Below are positions 29,467-39,373 of a stretch of 64,000 bases of DNA, one piece after another. This DNA is from Candidatus Latescibacterota bacterium (GTDB lineage: Bacteria; Latescibacterota; UBA2968; UBA8231). Under the pieces are notes generated by a model that did no database searches, was not told the origin of the DNA, and saw only the letters and a program-made list of their open reading frames with translations. The DNA is taken from positions 768,001 to 832,000 of the forward strand of contig OZ241362.1 in the NCBI GenBank assembly GCA_965200315.1. Direction: 5' to 3'. The number at the start of each line of letters is the position of its first letter. Positions within the stretch are counted from its first letter, which is position 1. The translations under genes and the position numbers were made by a program.

Positions 29467-30300
29467 CTAGAGGTTTTGCTCCAACCAGAGGAAGAACAGA
29501 TCCTGCGCCTCGACCACATTGTCGAGCAAGGCATAGCCGTGGTCAGCCGAGTCTGTAAAAACGCGCAAATCCTTCGGCTCGGCTGTCTGCTCCTCTAGGA
29601 AAGAAGCGAAATCTTTATAGCTAAGGATGCGGTCCTCGCTCACAATAATTTGGTCCTGATCGCCTACCATAAAGAGCATGGACCGCGGACCAAACGATTC
29701 AAGGCCGGTCCCAATGACCAACCGCTCCAGCGAAGAGGCTCCCCACAGCCCCGGCGAGAGGGAGACGCTGGTTTTTATTAGCTCGGAAAAGACTCCCGAA
29801 CACACGTAAGCCACATTGCCTCCCGAGCCACTGCCCACAACCGCGATGCGGCTGATATCGATCTCGGACTGACTCTGTAGCCAGAGTAGCGCAGCGTGGA
29901 CATCGCGAAAGCTCTGTTCCAGATCTATCAATTCCAAGACCTGTCGGTCATCGGGCAGCGGAGTCTCGCCGTGCCCGCGCATGTCGATGGCCAAGGCAGC
30001 GTAACCGCGATTGAGCAAGGCCACGTACGTGTCGGTGCTGGTCAACCAGTCGGATTTGTTCCCGCCCAGATCGTGCAGGAGGATCACCACTGGCAGCGAT
30101 TCGCCTTCTTGGGCTGTGCCAAAAAGTGCGCTCACTTCGACACTGTCGATGGACGTGAAGCTAACGGCTGAAATGGGATAGGCGCGACCCGGCCCTTTCG
30201 GTAGATCGGGGCCGACGATCTGTAGCTTCTCTTCCGAATCGCTGCACCCCACGACTCCAACGGCGAGCACCCAAATCCACCGACACAGTATCTTACTCAT
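29467..30300 (-). CDS. Alpha/beta-hydrolase-fold lipoprotein (start uncertain)
   Basis: Lipobox VVGC, VILLH, DMRGHG, SLSPG, DHG. Confidence 0.8.
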   Translation of the reverse strand: MSKILCRWIWVLAVGVVGCSDSEEKLQIVGPDLPKGPGRAYPISAVSFTSIDSVEVSALFGTAQEGESLPVVILLHDLGGNKSDWLTSTDTYVALLNRGYAALAIDMRGHGETPLPDDRQVLELIDLEQSFRDVHAALLWLQSQSEIDISRIAVVGSGSGGNVAYVCSGVFSELIKTSVSLSPGLWGASSLERLVIGTGLESFGPRSMLFMVGDQDQIIVSEDRILSYKDFASFLEEQTAEPKDLRVFTDSADHGYALLDNVVEAQDLFFLWLEQNL

Positions 30301-30420
30301 AAGAGCCATAATCCTAACCCAAAGTGCGTTGCGAGCGCCCGCGATTGGCAACGCTCCTGATTTTCGTAAATCCTTAAATTTGAATAAACCACCTCCCCCT
30401 CTAGCTGTCAACTTGACGCC

Positions 30421-30449
30421 TTGACGACAAAATTCTTTTGCCGTATGCT
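30421..30449 (+). promoter_or_regulatory. Sigma70 promoter, probably yielding a leaderless mRNA
   Basis: TTGACG-17 bp-TATGCT with the ATG 8 bp later and no SD sequence. Confidence 0.55.
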
Positions 30450-30457
30450 GCCGCGCT

Positions 30458-32164
30458 ATGATCTGCGTCGAAAAACTCAGCCTTAGCTATCGCAGGGGGC
30501 TGTCCGCTTTGCGCTCCATCGACCTCCACATCAGCCCTGGGGAAGACATCGCCCTCATCGGTGCCAACGGTTCGGGCAAAACCACCCTCGCTCGCTGCCT
30601 AAACGGACTGCAACAGCCCCAAACAGGCCGGATTCTCGTCGATGGCATGGATACGAGCAATTCGGCCCAACTCCACTCCATCCGCCAGCTAGTTGGCATG
30701 GTCTTGCAAAACCCGGACGATCAGCTAGTCGCCACCACGGTCGCCGACGAATTGGCCTTTGGCTTGGAAAACCTAGCCCTAGCCAGCGATACAATTCACC
30801 GCCGCGTCGAAGAAACACTCGCCGCTTTCGACCTTGAAGCCTATCGCCACTATCCGCCACACCAGCTCTCCGGCGGCGAAAGGCAGCGCGTGGCCATTGC
30901 CGCCGTAGTGGCGATGCGACCGCGCTATCTCGTCTTGGACGAATCGACGGCTCTGCTCGACCCCGGTGAAAGACAGCAAGTGGCCGAGTTGCTTCAGCGA
31001 CTGCGCACCGCATACGGCATCGCGACCATACTCATCACCCAGTCTCCAGAAGAAGCCGCTCGCGCCGACCGCGTCATCATCCTTCACGCGGGTCGGGTCC
31101 ATGCAGACGGCCCCCCTGCCGCCCTCTTTGCCGACTCGCTCAAGCTCCGCGCTCTCGGCCTCGCCCCCCCCTTTGCAAGCACCCTCGCCGCGCACTTGTC
31201 GCTGGCCGAGCTCCCCTTGGAGCTAGACGCTTTGTCCGACGCGCTGATCGCGTTAAAACCCCAGACATCCCTACCCCCTTGGACTCCGCCCACTCCACCG
31301 CGACCCGTTCCGAGCAAACTAGCGACCGAAGGGCTTACATACCTCTACGACGAGCATCTGCCCACCCAGCGACTCGGCATTTGCGACATCACCATAGACA
31401 TCCCCACCGGCTCCGTCCTAGCCCTCGTGGGCACCAACGGCGCGGGCAAAACTACCCTCGCTCAGCACTTCAACGCCCTGCTCAAGCCCTCGCACGGTCG
31501 CGTGCTCCTCGACGGCTGCGATATCGACTCCCAGCCCCCGGCTCGCGTGCGCCAGTGCATCGGCTTGGCCTTTCAGTTTCCCGAACTCCAGCTCTTCGCC
31601 GAAACCGTGGCCGAGGATGTGGCCTTTGGGCCGTGCAACCTCGGCTTTGCTGCCGAACGCGTCGATGGCCTCGTGGCGCGCGCACTCGCCATGGTAGGTA
31701 TGCCGCTGGCAGAATTCGGGCCGCGCCAGCCCCTCTCGTTGAGCGGGGGCGAAAGGCGTCGCGTTGCGCTCGCCGGCGTCCTCGCCATGGATCCAGAGGT
31801 CTTGGTGCTCGACGAACCGACCGCCGGCCTCGATCCTCAGACTACGGCCAGCTTGTGCCAGCTCTTCGCCAAGCTAAGCAACCAAGGACGCACCCTCGTA
31901 CTAATCAGCCACGATATGGAGCTAGTCAGCCGCCTAGCCACCCACGTAGTGGTGCTACGCCAAGGCCGCATCGAACTGCAAGGACCGGCCCGCGCCGTAC
32001 TCGCCCATTTCGAATTCGAGTCTATCAGCGGGCTTGTACCCCCAATGTCCGTGCAGTTAGCTCGCTGCCTGCGACAACAAGGCCTAGCTTTGGCTGGCGA
32101 CCCATTGACCCTAGAAGAAACCATCGATTGGCTCGCTCCACTCGTCGCCCTCTCCCATGTCTAA
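30458..32164 (+). CDS. Tandem ECF-transporter ATPase (EcfA-EcfA' fusion)
   Basis: Two Walker A motifs (GANGSGKT, GTNGAGKT), QNPDDQ and QFPELQ Q-helices, two LSGGE. Confidence 0.92.
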   Translation: MICVEKLSLSYRRGLSALRSIDLHISPGEDIALIGANGSGKTTLARCLNGLQQPQTGRILVDGMDTSNSAQLHSIRQLVGMVLQNPDDQLVATTVADELAFGLENLALASDTIHRRVEETLAAFDLEAYRHYPPHQLSGGERQRVAIAAVVAMRPRYLVLDESTALLDPGERQQVAELLQRLRTAYGIATILITQSPEEAARADRVIILHAGRVHADGPPAALFADSLKLRALGLAPPFASTLAAHLSLAELPLELDALSDALIALKPQTSLPPWTPPTPPRPVPSKLATEGLTYLYDEHLPTQRLGICDITIDIPTGSVLALVGTNGAGKTTLAQHFNALLKPSHGRVLLDGCDIDSQPPARVRQCIGLAFQFPELQLFAETVAEDVAFGPCNLGFAAERVDGLVARALAMVGMPLAEFGPRQPLSLSGGERRRVALAGVLAMDPEVLVLDEPTAGLDPQTTASLCQLFAKLSNQGRTLVLISHDMELVSRLATHVVVLRQGRIELQGPARAVLAHFEFESISGLVPPMSVQLARCLRQQGLALAGDPLTLEETIDWLAPLVALSHV

Positions 32165-33455
32165 ATTTTCTGCCGACTTGCTCGTCCGCCAAGGACGCCT
32201 CATCGACCCGGCCAACGGCATCGATGGTCTAGGGGACATCCTCATCCGCCAAGGGAAAATAGTCGAGTCGGCCCCCAGCCTTCCACCTCCGCCAGACGTA
32301 CCCGTCCTGACAGCCACCGGCTTGGTCGTCGCCCCGGGTTTTATCGACATTCACACTCACCTCCGCGAACCGGGCTACGAACACAAGGAAACGATTCACA
32401 GTGGCACCGCCGCGGCCGCGGCCGGCGGCATTTGCGCGGTCGCCGCCATGCCCAATACCAACCCTCCCCCGGACAGCAGCGAGCACTTGCAGTTAATGCT
32501 GGGGCGAGCGCAGACAGCCGTGGTACGCTACTATCCAATAGCCTGTGTAACAGTAGGTCGCCAAGGACGCGGTGCGCTCGCCCCCCTCGCGGAATTGGCC
32601 GAATTGGGCGCGGTGGCCTTTTCCGACGACGGCGCCCCGGTCGAAGACGCGGGCCTGATGCGCCGCGCCCTCGAAATTGCCCGCGATCTCGACCGGCCCA
32701 TCTTCCCGCACGAAGAGGTCAAGTCGCTTACGGCCGGCGGCTGTATGCACGCAGGTGAAGTGGCGGCGCACCTCGGTGTCAAGGGGATGCCAGCAGCAGG
32801 TGAGGAGAAAATGGTCGCCCGCGATATAGGACTAGTCCGCCAGACCGGCGGCCCTTTGCACATCGCCCACATCAGCACGGTCGGCACCGCCCAATTGGTC
32901 CGACGTGCCAAGGCCGAGGGCCTGCCCGTGACCTGCGAAGTACTGCCCCATCACTTCGCACTCACCGACCGCGAGGTCGAGCGCCAAGGCACGGCCGCTA
33001 AGATGAGCCCGCCGCTGCGCGAGGCCGCCGATGTCGAGGCCATGCTCGCCGGGCTAGCCGATGGCACCATAGAGGTCATTGCAACTGACCATGCGCCCCA
33101 TACGGACGCGGAAAAAGCCCAATCCCTAACCCAAGCTCCCATGGGCATTGTCGGCCTAGAGACAGCCGTCGGCCTCACCTTGACCCATTTGGTGGACCGC
33201 GTTCTGCCCTTGCACAAAGCCATTGCGTGCTGGACTTGCCACCCAGCGCATATCCTGCGCCTGCCCGGGGGCGCACTCACTCCAGGGATGCCTGGGGATC
33301 TAACCCTGCTCGACCTGACGCGCGAATGGGAGGTAGTCCCCGAGCACTTCCGCTCCAAATCGCGCAACACCCCCTTTGCTGGCTACTCTCTAACGGGCAA
33401 GGCCGTGGCCACCATCGTCGGCGGCCAGATCGTCTATAGCGAATTGGCCCCTTAA
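32157..33455 (+). CDS. pyrC: Dihydroorotase
   Basis: DIHTHLREPG, MPNTNP, FSDDG, HIAHIS, ATDHAPH, SRNTPF. Confidence 0.94.
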   Translation: MSKFSADLLVRQGRLIDPANGIDGLGDILIRQGKIVESAPSLPPPPDVPVLTATGLVVAPGFIDIHTHLREPGYEHKETIHSGTAAAAAGGICAVAAMPNTNPPPDSSEHLQLMLGRAQTAVVRYYPIACVTVGRQGRGALAPLAELAELGAVAFSDDGAPVEDAGLMRRALEIARDLDRPIFPHEEVKSLTAGGCMHAGEVAAHLGVKGMPAAGEEKMVARDIGLVRQTGGPLHIAHISTVGTAQLVRRAKAEGLPVTCEVLPHHFALTDREVERQGTAAKMSPPLREAADVEAMLAGLADGTIEVIATDHAPHTDAEKAQSLTQAPMGIVGLETAVGLTLTHLVDRVLPLHKAIACWTCHPAHILRLPGGALTPGMPGDLTLLDLTREWEVVPEHFRSKSRNTPFAGYSLTGKAVATIVGGQIVYSELAP

Positions 33456-34798
33456 TCAAGGGGCTTGAACGCGTCCGGCCAATGCTCAATTTTCGCATCG
33501 GCCGCGCACAGCCACACGGCAATCACGTCGAAGCGGCAGACCGAATCGGCTGTGGTGCAGTGTTGGATATAGTGCCGGGCAGCCCGCGTCAGACGCTGCC
33601 GCTTGGCGCGATCCACCCTTTGTTCGGGGCGAGAGTCGTGCTGAGTGGCCTTTACTTCGACAAAGACTAACTCGCCTTTCTCCTCGGCCACCAAGTCGAT
33701 CTCGCCTCCAGCGGCGCGATAGCGGCGTACCCAAATCCGATAACCCCGTTCTTCCAAATAGGCTGCGGCCGCCGCTTCGCCCCGCCGCCCGATGTCTCCT
33801 AGCTTGTCGCGCTGCTCCCGATAGGCCCCTCTCAGGGCCACTAGCTCGTCAGCCGCTAACTCGGCGGTGGCCTCTCTGACTAACTGTCCCAACCGCTCTA
33901 GTTCGGCGAGGTTGGCGCAGTCGTATATGCCCTCTTCAAAAGAAAGAAAAAGCTCCGAGCGCGGCTCGGCGACCCGTGCGGCCACCGGACCAAAACTGCG
34001 GCGATGCAGGGGGCAAGGGCCATGAGCGTCAAGCGCGGCTAAGTGCGCGGCACTGCCGTAACCTTTGTGCGCGGCAAACCCGTATTCGGGATAGCGGGCA
34101 TCGCATTCGCACATCAGGCGGTCGCGGTGTACTTTGGCCACGATTGAGGCCGCAGCAATCGACAGCGAGCGAGCGTCTCCGTCGATGATGGCTTGCTCGA
34201 GATAGGGGCTGCGCGCCGGCAGGTGTCCGTCGATCAGCACCCGGTCGGGCGGAGTGGACAAATTCTCCAGCGCCAAGCGCATGGCCTTGAGCGAGGCCTG
34301 CAGGATGTTCAACCTGTCGATCTCGGCGGCTTCAACTTGTCCAATTCCCACCGCTAGGGCCTTGGCCGCGATCTCCTTGTACAGAGCTTCGCGCTGGGTC
34401 CGCGACAGCTTTTTAGAATCGTCGATCTTGGCGATGACACAGGCCGGCGACAAGATGACCGCGGCGGCCACCACAGGCCCCGCCAAGCAACCGCGCCCCG
34501 CTTCATCGACGCCAGCTACTCGATGCACCCCCTGTGCCCAAAGGTGCCGTTCAAAGTGCAGGAGCCGCTCGCGCCGCTGAGACTCTGCCTGCTCCCGCGC
34601 ATCGCGCCGCCGCCGCTCAACCACCAAGCGCCGGACGCCAACGCGGCGATCCTTTTCGAGCACGGCCCAACCCGGATCGCCGCTTGCCCACTCCGCCACC
34701 TGTGCGCGTATCTGGGCAATCGTCATTTCGGCGAGTTTGGTCGCGGCATCCTGTTCGCAGGAACGGTTCATGCCGACAGCCATCTCATCTATTGACAT
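33452..34798 (-). CDS. rnhB: Ribonuclease HII fused to a YraN (UPF0102) domain (start uncertain)
   Basis: AGVDEAGRG, DSKKL, IAAASIVAK, HKGYG, HRRSF; then GRRGEAAA..YL, GEIDLVA, VFVEVK, RFDVIAV. Confidence 0.92.
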   Translation of the reverse strand: MSIDEMAVGMNRSCEQDAATKLAEMTIAQIRAQVAEWASGDPGWAVLEKDRRVGVRRLVVERRRRDAREQAESQRRERLLHFERHLWAQGVHRVAGVDEAGRGCLAGPVVAAAVILSPACVIAKIDDSKKLSRTQREALYKEIAAKALAVGIGQVEAAEIDRLNILQASLKAMRLALENLSTPPDRVLIDGHLPARSPYLEQAIIDGDARSLSIAAASIVAKVHRDRLMCECDARYPEYGFAAHKGYGSAAHLAALDAHGPCPLHRRSFGPVAARVAEPRSELFLSFEEGIYDCANLAELERLGQLVREATAELAADELVALRGAYREQRDKLGDIGRRGEAAAAAYLEERGYRIWVRRYRAAGGEIDLVAEEKGELVFVEVKATQHDSRPEQRVDRAKRQRLTRAARHYIQHCTTADSVCRFDVIAVWLCAADAKIEHWPDAFKPLD

Positions 34799-34847
34799 TA
34801 GGTATCGACCTTGTATATTTGCGAAAAGTTACCCAGAGGAGCCTTAA

Positions 34848-35432
34848 ATGAAGCACTACACGGCGTTAGTTGCCTGCTTTTGCCTCGTTTTGCAGCCCGT
34901 CATGGCCCTTGCAGAGCCGGAACCGTCACCTATCACCGGGGCAGATACCCGCCTCTATCTGGCCGATGGCAGCTTGGTGGAAGGCAATCTAATCGAAAAG
35001 GACCAAGATCTGGTCATCATGCGCGTCAACGACAAGATCTTCACTTTCGACAAGACCGAAATCGACAAAATTATCACCCTCGAATCGCTGGGTGGCGGGG
35101 CTCAAACAATCTCGGTGACCGAGTTCCCCTACATTAGTTTTCTCGGGGGAGCCCTTGCCTTCGGCCTGCTCTCTTGGCTGCAATTCGACCGGGCTTCCGA
35201 CAACGAAGCCGAAGCGGGCCTCAACCGCGAACACAACCAGCTCTCCCGCGCCCAAAAGCTCGACGACAAAGCCGACCGCGCCCGCCTCTACGGCTGGTCC
35301 ACCGCCGTTCTCGCCGCCGGCAGCTTTGGGGTGGCCCTGATCCCGCGCAAAACCACCCGCCGCGTCTTTCCCGAGCTCAGTTTCCACCACGGCGAGCCGC
35401 GCGTCGGCGTATCCTACGTCTATTCGTTTTGA
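34848..35432 (+). CDS. Hypothetical exported or membrane protein
   Basis: Signal peptide, [11 protein letters not shown], two TM-like segments, ends YVYSF; upstream TTGACA-16-TATATT and GAGGAG. Confidence 0.75.
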   Translation: MKHYTALVACFCLVLQPVMALAEPEPSPITGADTRLYLADGSLVEGNLIEKDQDLVIMRVNDKIFTFDKTEIDKIITLESLGGGAQTISVTEFPYISFLGGALAFGLLSWLQFDRASDNEAEAGLNREHNQLSRAQKLDDKADRARLYGWSTAVLAAGSFGVALIPRKTTRRVFPELSFHHGEPRVGVSYVYSF

Positions 35433-35884
35433 GCACCTCCCGCCTCCCTCAGATGATGCACCAAAGCCTCTAACCCAAGCACGTAGCTAAAACTGCCAAA
35501 CCCAGCGATTTGCCCGAGACAAACGGGCGCGATAACTGAGTGCTGGCGAAACGATTCCCGGGCGTGGACATTGGATAGATGCACCTCAATGGTCGGCAAC
35601 CCCTTGGCCGCCACGGCGTCGCGCAGGGCAAGGCTATAGTGGGTAAAGGCCCCCGGATTGAACAGCAGGCCCTGCTCTTGGGCTTCGTGCAGGGCGTCGA
35701 TTAGTGCGCCCTCGCTATTGGATTGGCGACAGCGCACCTGCACCCCGAGCCGCTGCGCGTGAGCTGCAATCAACGCGTCAATTGCGGCCAAGGTCTCCCG
35801 ACCATATACCTCGGGCTCGCGCGTTCCCAGCAAGTTGAGATTGGGGCCGTGTAGGACTAGGATACTAGTCAAATTGACCTCCAC
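35420..35884 (-). CDS. aroQ: Type II 3-dehydroquinate dehydratase
   Basis: [36 protein letters not shown]. Confidence 0.96.
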   Translation of the reverse strand: MEVNLTSILVLHGPNLNLLGTREPEVYGRETLAAIDALIAAHAQRLGVQVRCRQSNSEGALIDALHEAQEQGLLFNPGAFTHYSLALRDAVAAKGLPTIEVHLSNVHARESFRQHSVIAPVCLGQIAGFGSFSYVLGLEALVHHLREAGGAQNE

Positions 35885-36746
35885 TGTTTCGCGCGACCAC
35901 GCAGATCCACGCTTCTTTTGTCAAGATGGTATCGACCTCCAATTTAGCTTCTGTGACCCAGCGGCAAAAAGCCGCTTCTTCCCGCGCCAGCAACCCCGAA
36001 AACGCGATCCGGCCATCCGCGGCCAATAAGCCGCGCAAAGAGGCCAAAAGGGGCCGTAGTACATGGCTTTGGATGTTGGCCAAGACCAAGTCAAAGGGCC
36101 TTTCCGCAACGGCCTCCACTCCCCCTAGGCGCACTTCTACCTGCTCAGATCCGATGCGGTTGTGTGCCAAGTTTTCCCGCGCATTGGCCACGGCCTTCTC
36201 GTCGATATCCACGGCGAGCACCGGTCCGGCCCCCAACAGCGCGGCGGCAATGCTGAGAATGCCGCTGCCCGTCCCCAAATCCAAGCAGCGCGCTCCGGGG
36301 CGCAGGCAGCACTCCAACGCCCGCAAGCAAAGCTGGGTCGATTCGTGCCCACCCGTGCCAAAGGCCATTTGGGGGTCTATGCGCACGGCGATTTGGCCCT
36401 CGGCTAGCTCGACCGGAATCCACGAAGGATGAACGACGATCCTCTCGGTAGCCCACACCGCCGCAAAGAACCGCCGCCACTCAACCTCCCAATCCCGTTC
36501 CTCCACGCATTCGGTACCTATCGGCGACGCCAAACCGAGCGCGGCAAGTCTATGCGTCAGCTCGCGCCGAATCCCAGCCAAATCGCACATCGGCTCAGCA
36601 GCGAAGTACGCACTCAACTGCGTCCACTCCCCCGCTTCCTCAGCCTGAAGACCGCAGCTACCCAACTCGTACGCCCACGCACTCACGTCCTCAGCGCAGG
36701 CCGCAGGCACCGCTAGCCGCAAGCAGTGCCAAGCCCGCTTACTCAC
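35865..36746 (-). CDS. prmA: Ribosomal protein L11 methyltransferase
   Basis: [28 protein letters not shown]. Confidence 0.94.
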   Translation of the reverse strand: MSKRAWHCLRLAVPAACAEDVSAWAYELGSCGLQAEEAGEWTQLSAYFAAEPMCDLAGIRRELTHRLAALGLASPIGTECVEERDWEVEWRRFFAAVWATERIVVHPSWIPVELAEGQIAVRIDPQMAFGTGGHESTQLCLRALECCLRPGARCLDLGTGSGILSIAAALLGAGPVLAVDIDEKAVANARENLAHNRIGSEQVEVRLGGVEAVAERPFDLVLANIQSHVLRPLLASLRGLLAADGRIAFSGLLAREEAAFCRWVTEAKLEVDTILTKEAWICVVARNSGGQFD

Positions 36747-37512
36747 TGGCCTCCAAGCGGCGCAACTGGGCGACTAGCCCCTCGCCAATGGCGGCGAACA
36801 GAGGGTCGGGAGCAGCTCGTCCTTCATCCCCACTTTGGCGAATTGCAGCCGACAGGGGCAGCGCCCCCAAGAAAGGCAACCCCAACCGCTCTGCGGCCTC
36901 GCGGCCGCCACCGCAGCCGAAAATCTCGTGGCGTTGGCCGCATTGGCTGCACAGGTAATAGCTCATGTTTTCGACGATCCCGAGGATATCCACCTCGACC
37001 TTGGAAAACATGGCAATGCCCCGCTCCACATCCTCCAGCGCCACGCTTTGCGGCGTAGTCACGATCAAGGCCCCGGAAAGAGCCACGGCTTGGCTCAAGG
37101 TAAGCGGCACATCTCCGGTGCCGGGCGGCAGATCGATCAATAAATAGTCGAGCGGCCCCCACTCTACTTGATGCAAAAACTGCTGCAACGCCCGAGCCAA
37201 GAGCGGTCCTCGCCAGACCACGGGCGCGTCCTTGCCGGCGATAAAACCAATCGACATCAGGGCTACTCCGGCCTTGTACACCGGGCGCATGGTGCCCTCC
37301 TGCCCGGTTGCGGGCTGCTGCCTGATACCCATCATCAAGGGAATGCTCGGGCCGTAGATGTCGGCGTCGAGCAGGCCGACGCGAGCCCCTTGAGACGCCA
37401 GACTCACGGCCAAGTTGATACTCACAGTCGATTTGCCCACGCCGCCCTTGGCACTGGCAATGGCGACGGTATGGCGCACTTGGGCTAAGGGGCCGGTTCG
37501 GGGAACGGACAA
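36739..37512 (-). CDS. mrp: Mrp/ApbC Fe-S cluster carrier ATPase
   Basis: SAKGGVGKST, DADIYGPS, DLPPGTGD, VENMSYYLCSQC. Confidence 0.93.
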   Translation of the reverse strand: MSVPRTGPLAQVRHTVAIASAKGGVGKSTVSINLAVSLASQGARVGLLDADIYGPSIPLMMGIRQQPATGQEGTMRPVYKAGVALMSIGFIAGKDAPVVWRGPLLARALQQFLHQVEWGPLDYLLIDLPPGTGDVPLTLSQAVALSGALIVTTPQSVALEDVERGIAMFSKVEVDILGIVENMSYYLCSQCGQRHEIFGCGGGREAAERLGLPFLGALPLSAAIRQSGDEGRAAPDPLFAAIGEGLVAQLRRLEASE

Positions 37513-37524
37513 GTGTACCTGCTC

Positions 37525-38670
37525 TTAGGAGTGGAAGGCTTTGCACACTTTGGCGAAGAAGCTCTCACCCTCTTGGGCCACGCGCACTTGTTCGAGCTCG
37601 GCTAGCTCGGTGAAAAGCTCGCGCTCGCGTCGGCTGAGGCCCTCGGGCGTCCACAAGACGACCTCGACTAGCTGGTCGCCAACACCGCGGCCGTTGACGT
37701 CCGGAATGCCTCGGCCACCCATGCGGAAGACGCGCCCGGATTGGGTGCCGGGGGGGATCTTCAACAGGGCTTTGCCGGCGGCCAAGGTCGGAACTTCTAC
37801 TTCTGCGCCTAGTGCAGCTTGGGCAAACCCCAAGGGCAATTGGTAGATGACGTGGTTGCCGTCGCGCGTGAAATAGTCGTGCTCTTTTTCTTCTATAAAA
37901 ACCAAGCAATCCCCGGGCGGCCCACCGCGCGGCCCGACTTCGCCTTGGCCGCGCAATGGAATGTAGTTGCCCTCTTGGACGCCAGCGGGAAAAGGCACCG
38001 TCAAGGTCGTCTGGCCGCGCTCGCGGCCCTCGCCGCGGCAGGCTGGACAGGGATTGGCCACAATGTGGCCCTCGCCTTCGCAGGCCGGACACGTCACCAC
38101 GGTCATCGACGGGCCAAAGAGGGTACGCGCCATCTGTTGCACTTGGCCCTGCCCACCGCAAGTGCTGCAGGTCTTGCGGCCCGCTCGACTAGCCGCACCG
38201 GTTCCATCGCAGCTTTTGCAGCGCTGCAAGCGCGTCAACGCGATGTTCTTTTTTATGCCAGTGGCGATCTCTTCTAGCGTCAAGGCCACCTTAATTTTCA
38301 AGTCGCGGCCCTTTGGCTTTACCGATCCTCCTCGCGCCTGCCGACGCCCGCCAAAGAAGCTCTCGAAAATATCGCCGAAAATGTCTTGAAAATCGCCCGC
38401 ATGCGTAAAATCCGACCACTGAAAGCCACCGCGACCGAAATCGCTCTCAACACCGGCGTGCCCATGGCGATCGTATGCGGCCTTCTTCTCGGGATCCGAA
38501 AGCACTTCGTATGCTTCGGATGCCTCCTTGAATTGCTCCTCGGCGGCCGCGTTTCCAGGATTGCGATCGGGATGGTACTTCAACGCCTTCTTGCGGTAGG
38601 CCCCTTTGATCGCGCTTTCGCTGGCGTCCCGCTCGAGGCCCAGTACTTCGTAATAGTCCCTTTTGGACAT
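37525..38670 (-). CDS. dnaJ: Chaperone DnaJ
   Basis: J domain with HPD, G/F region, four CxxCxGxG repeats. Confidence 0.97.
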   Translation of the reverse strand: MSKRDYYEVLGLERDASESAIKGAYRKKALKYHPDRNPGNAAAEEQFKEASEAYEVLSDPEKKAAYDRHGHAGVESDFGRGGFQWSDFTHAGDFQDIFGDIFESFFGGRRQARGGSVKPKGRDLKIKVALTLEEIATGIKKNIALTRLQRCKSCDGTGAASRAGRKTCSTCGGQGQVQQMARTLFGPSMTVVTCPACEGEGHIVANPCPACRGEGRERGQTTLTVPFPAGVQEGNYIPLRGQGEVGPRGGPPGDCLVFIEEKEHDYFTRDGNHVIYQLPLGFAQAALGAEVEVPTLAAGKALLKIPPGTQSGRVFRMGGRGIPDVNGRGVGDQLVEVVLWTPEGLSRRERELFTELAELEQVRVAQEGESFFAKVCKAFHS

Positions 38671-38678
38671 TCAGTTCC

Positions 38679-39326
38679 TCAGCTCTCTGCGCTCGCCTTG
38701 CTGACGACGACGCGCGCGTAACGAACTACCTTGTCGTTGAGTTTGTAGCCCTTCTCCATCTCCTCAATGACCGTACCAGGAGCGTGCTCGTCGTCTGGGA
38801 CTTCGGCTAGGGCCTCGTGGACTTCGGGGTCAAAAGGCTGGCCCAGCGCCTCGATCTCGGCTAGTCCATAGCCTTTGAGAACATCGTTGAACTGGCCACA
38901 GATCAATTCGACGCCCTGCTTGAGCAACTCGGCTTCTTGGGTCTCCTGACGAAGGGCGCGGCGCAAGTTGTCCAAGACGGGCGCGACTTGCAACAAGATA
39001 TCGCGCAATATCTCATCCCGCGTTTCCGCACGCATCCGCACCGTGCGCTTGCGGTAGTTATCCAACTCGGCGACCGCCCGCACATAGCGGTCGTAATTAG
39101 CCGCTACCTCGGCGCGAGCTGCTTCAAGTTCGGCCAGCCCGTCGGCCTCATCGGCCGCTTCGTCCTGTGATTCTGCTGCTGTTTCCTGCGACTCCGCTGC
39201 TACTGCTTTTTGCGGCTCGGTCGCTTCTTGTTCGCATGGCTCCGCCGCTTCGTCCTGCGATTCGACGGAACCCTCCGCGCTCGCCTCGTCCACCGCGACA
39301 TGGTCCTGAGTTTCGCGCTCGCTCAT
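38679..39326 (-). CDS. grpE: Nucleotide exchange factor GrpE
   Basis: AELDNYRKR, FDPEVHEA, KGYKLNDKVVRYARVVV; AAGGAG RBS. Confidence 0.95.
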   Translation of the reverse strand: MSERETQDHVAVDEASAEGSVESQDEAAEPCEQEATEPQKAVAAESQETAAESQDEAADEADGLAELEAARAEVAANYDRYVRAVAELDNYRKRTVRMRAETRDEILRDILLQVAPVLDNLRRALRQETQEAELLKQGVELICGQFNDVLKGYGLAEIEALGQPFDPEVHEALAEVPDDEHAPGTVIEEMEKGYKLNDKVVRYARVVVSKASAES

Positions 39327-39373
39327 CGACACTCCTTACTGCTTGACTGTGAATAGATTGGGACAAAAACTCA

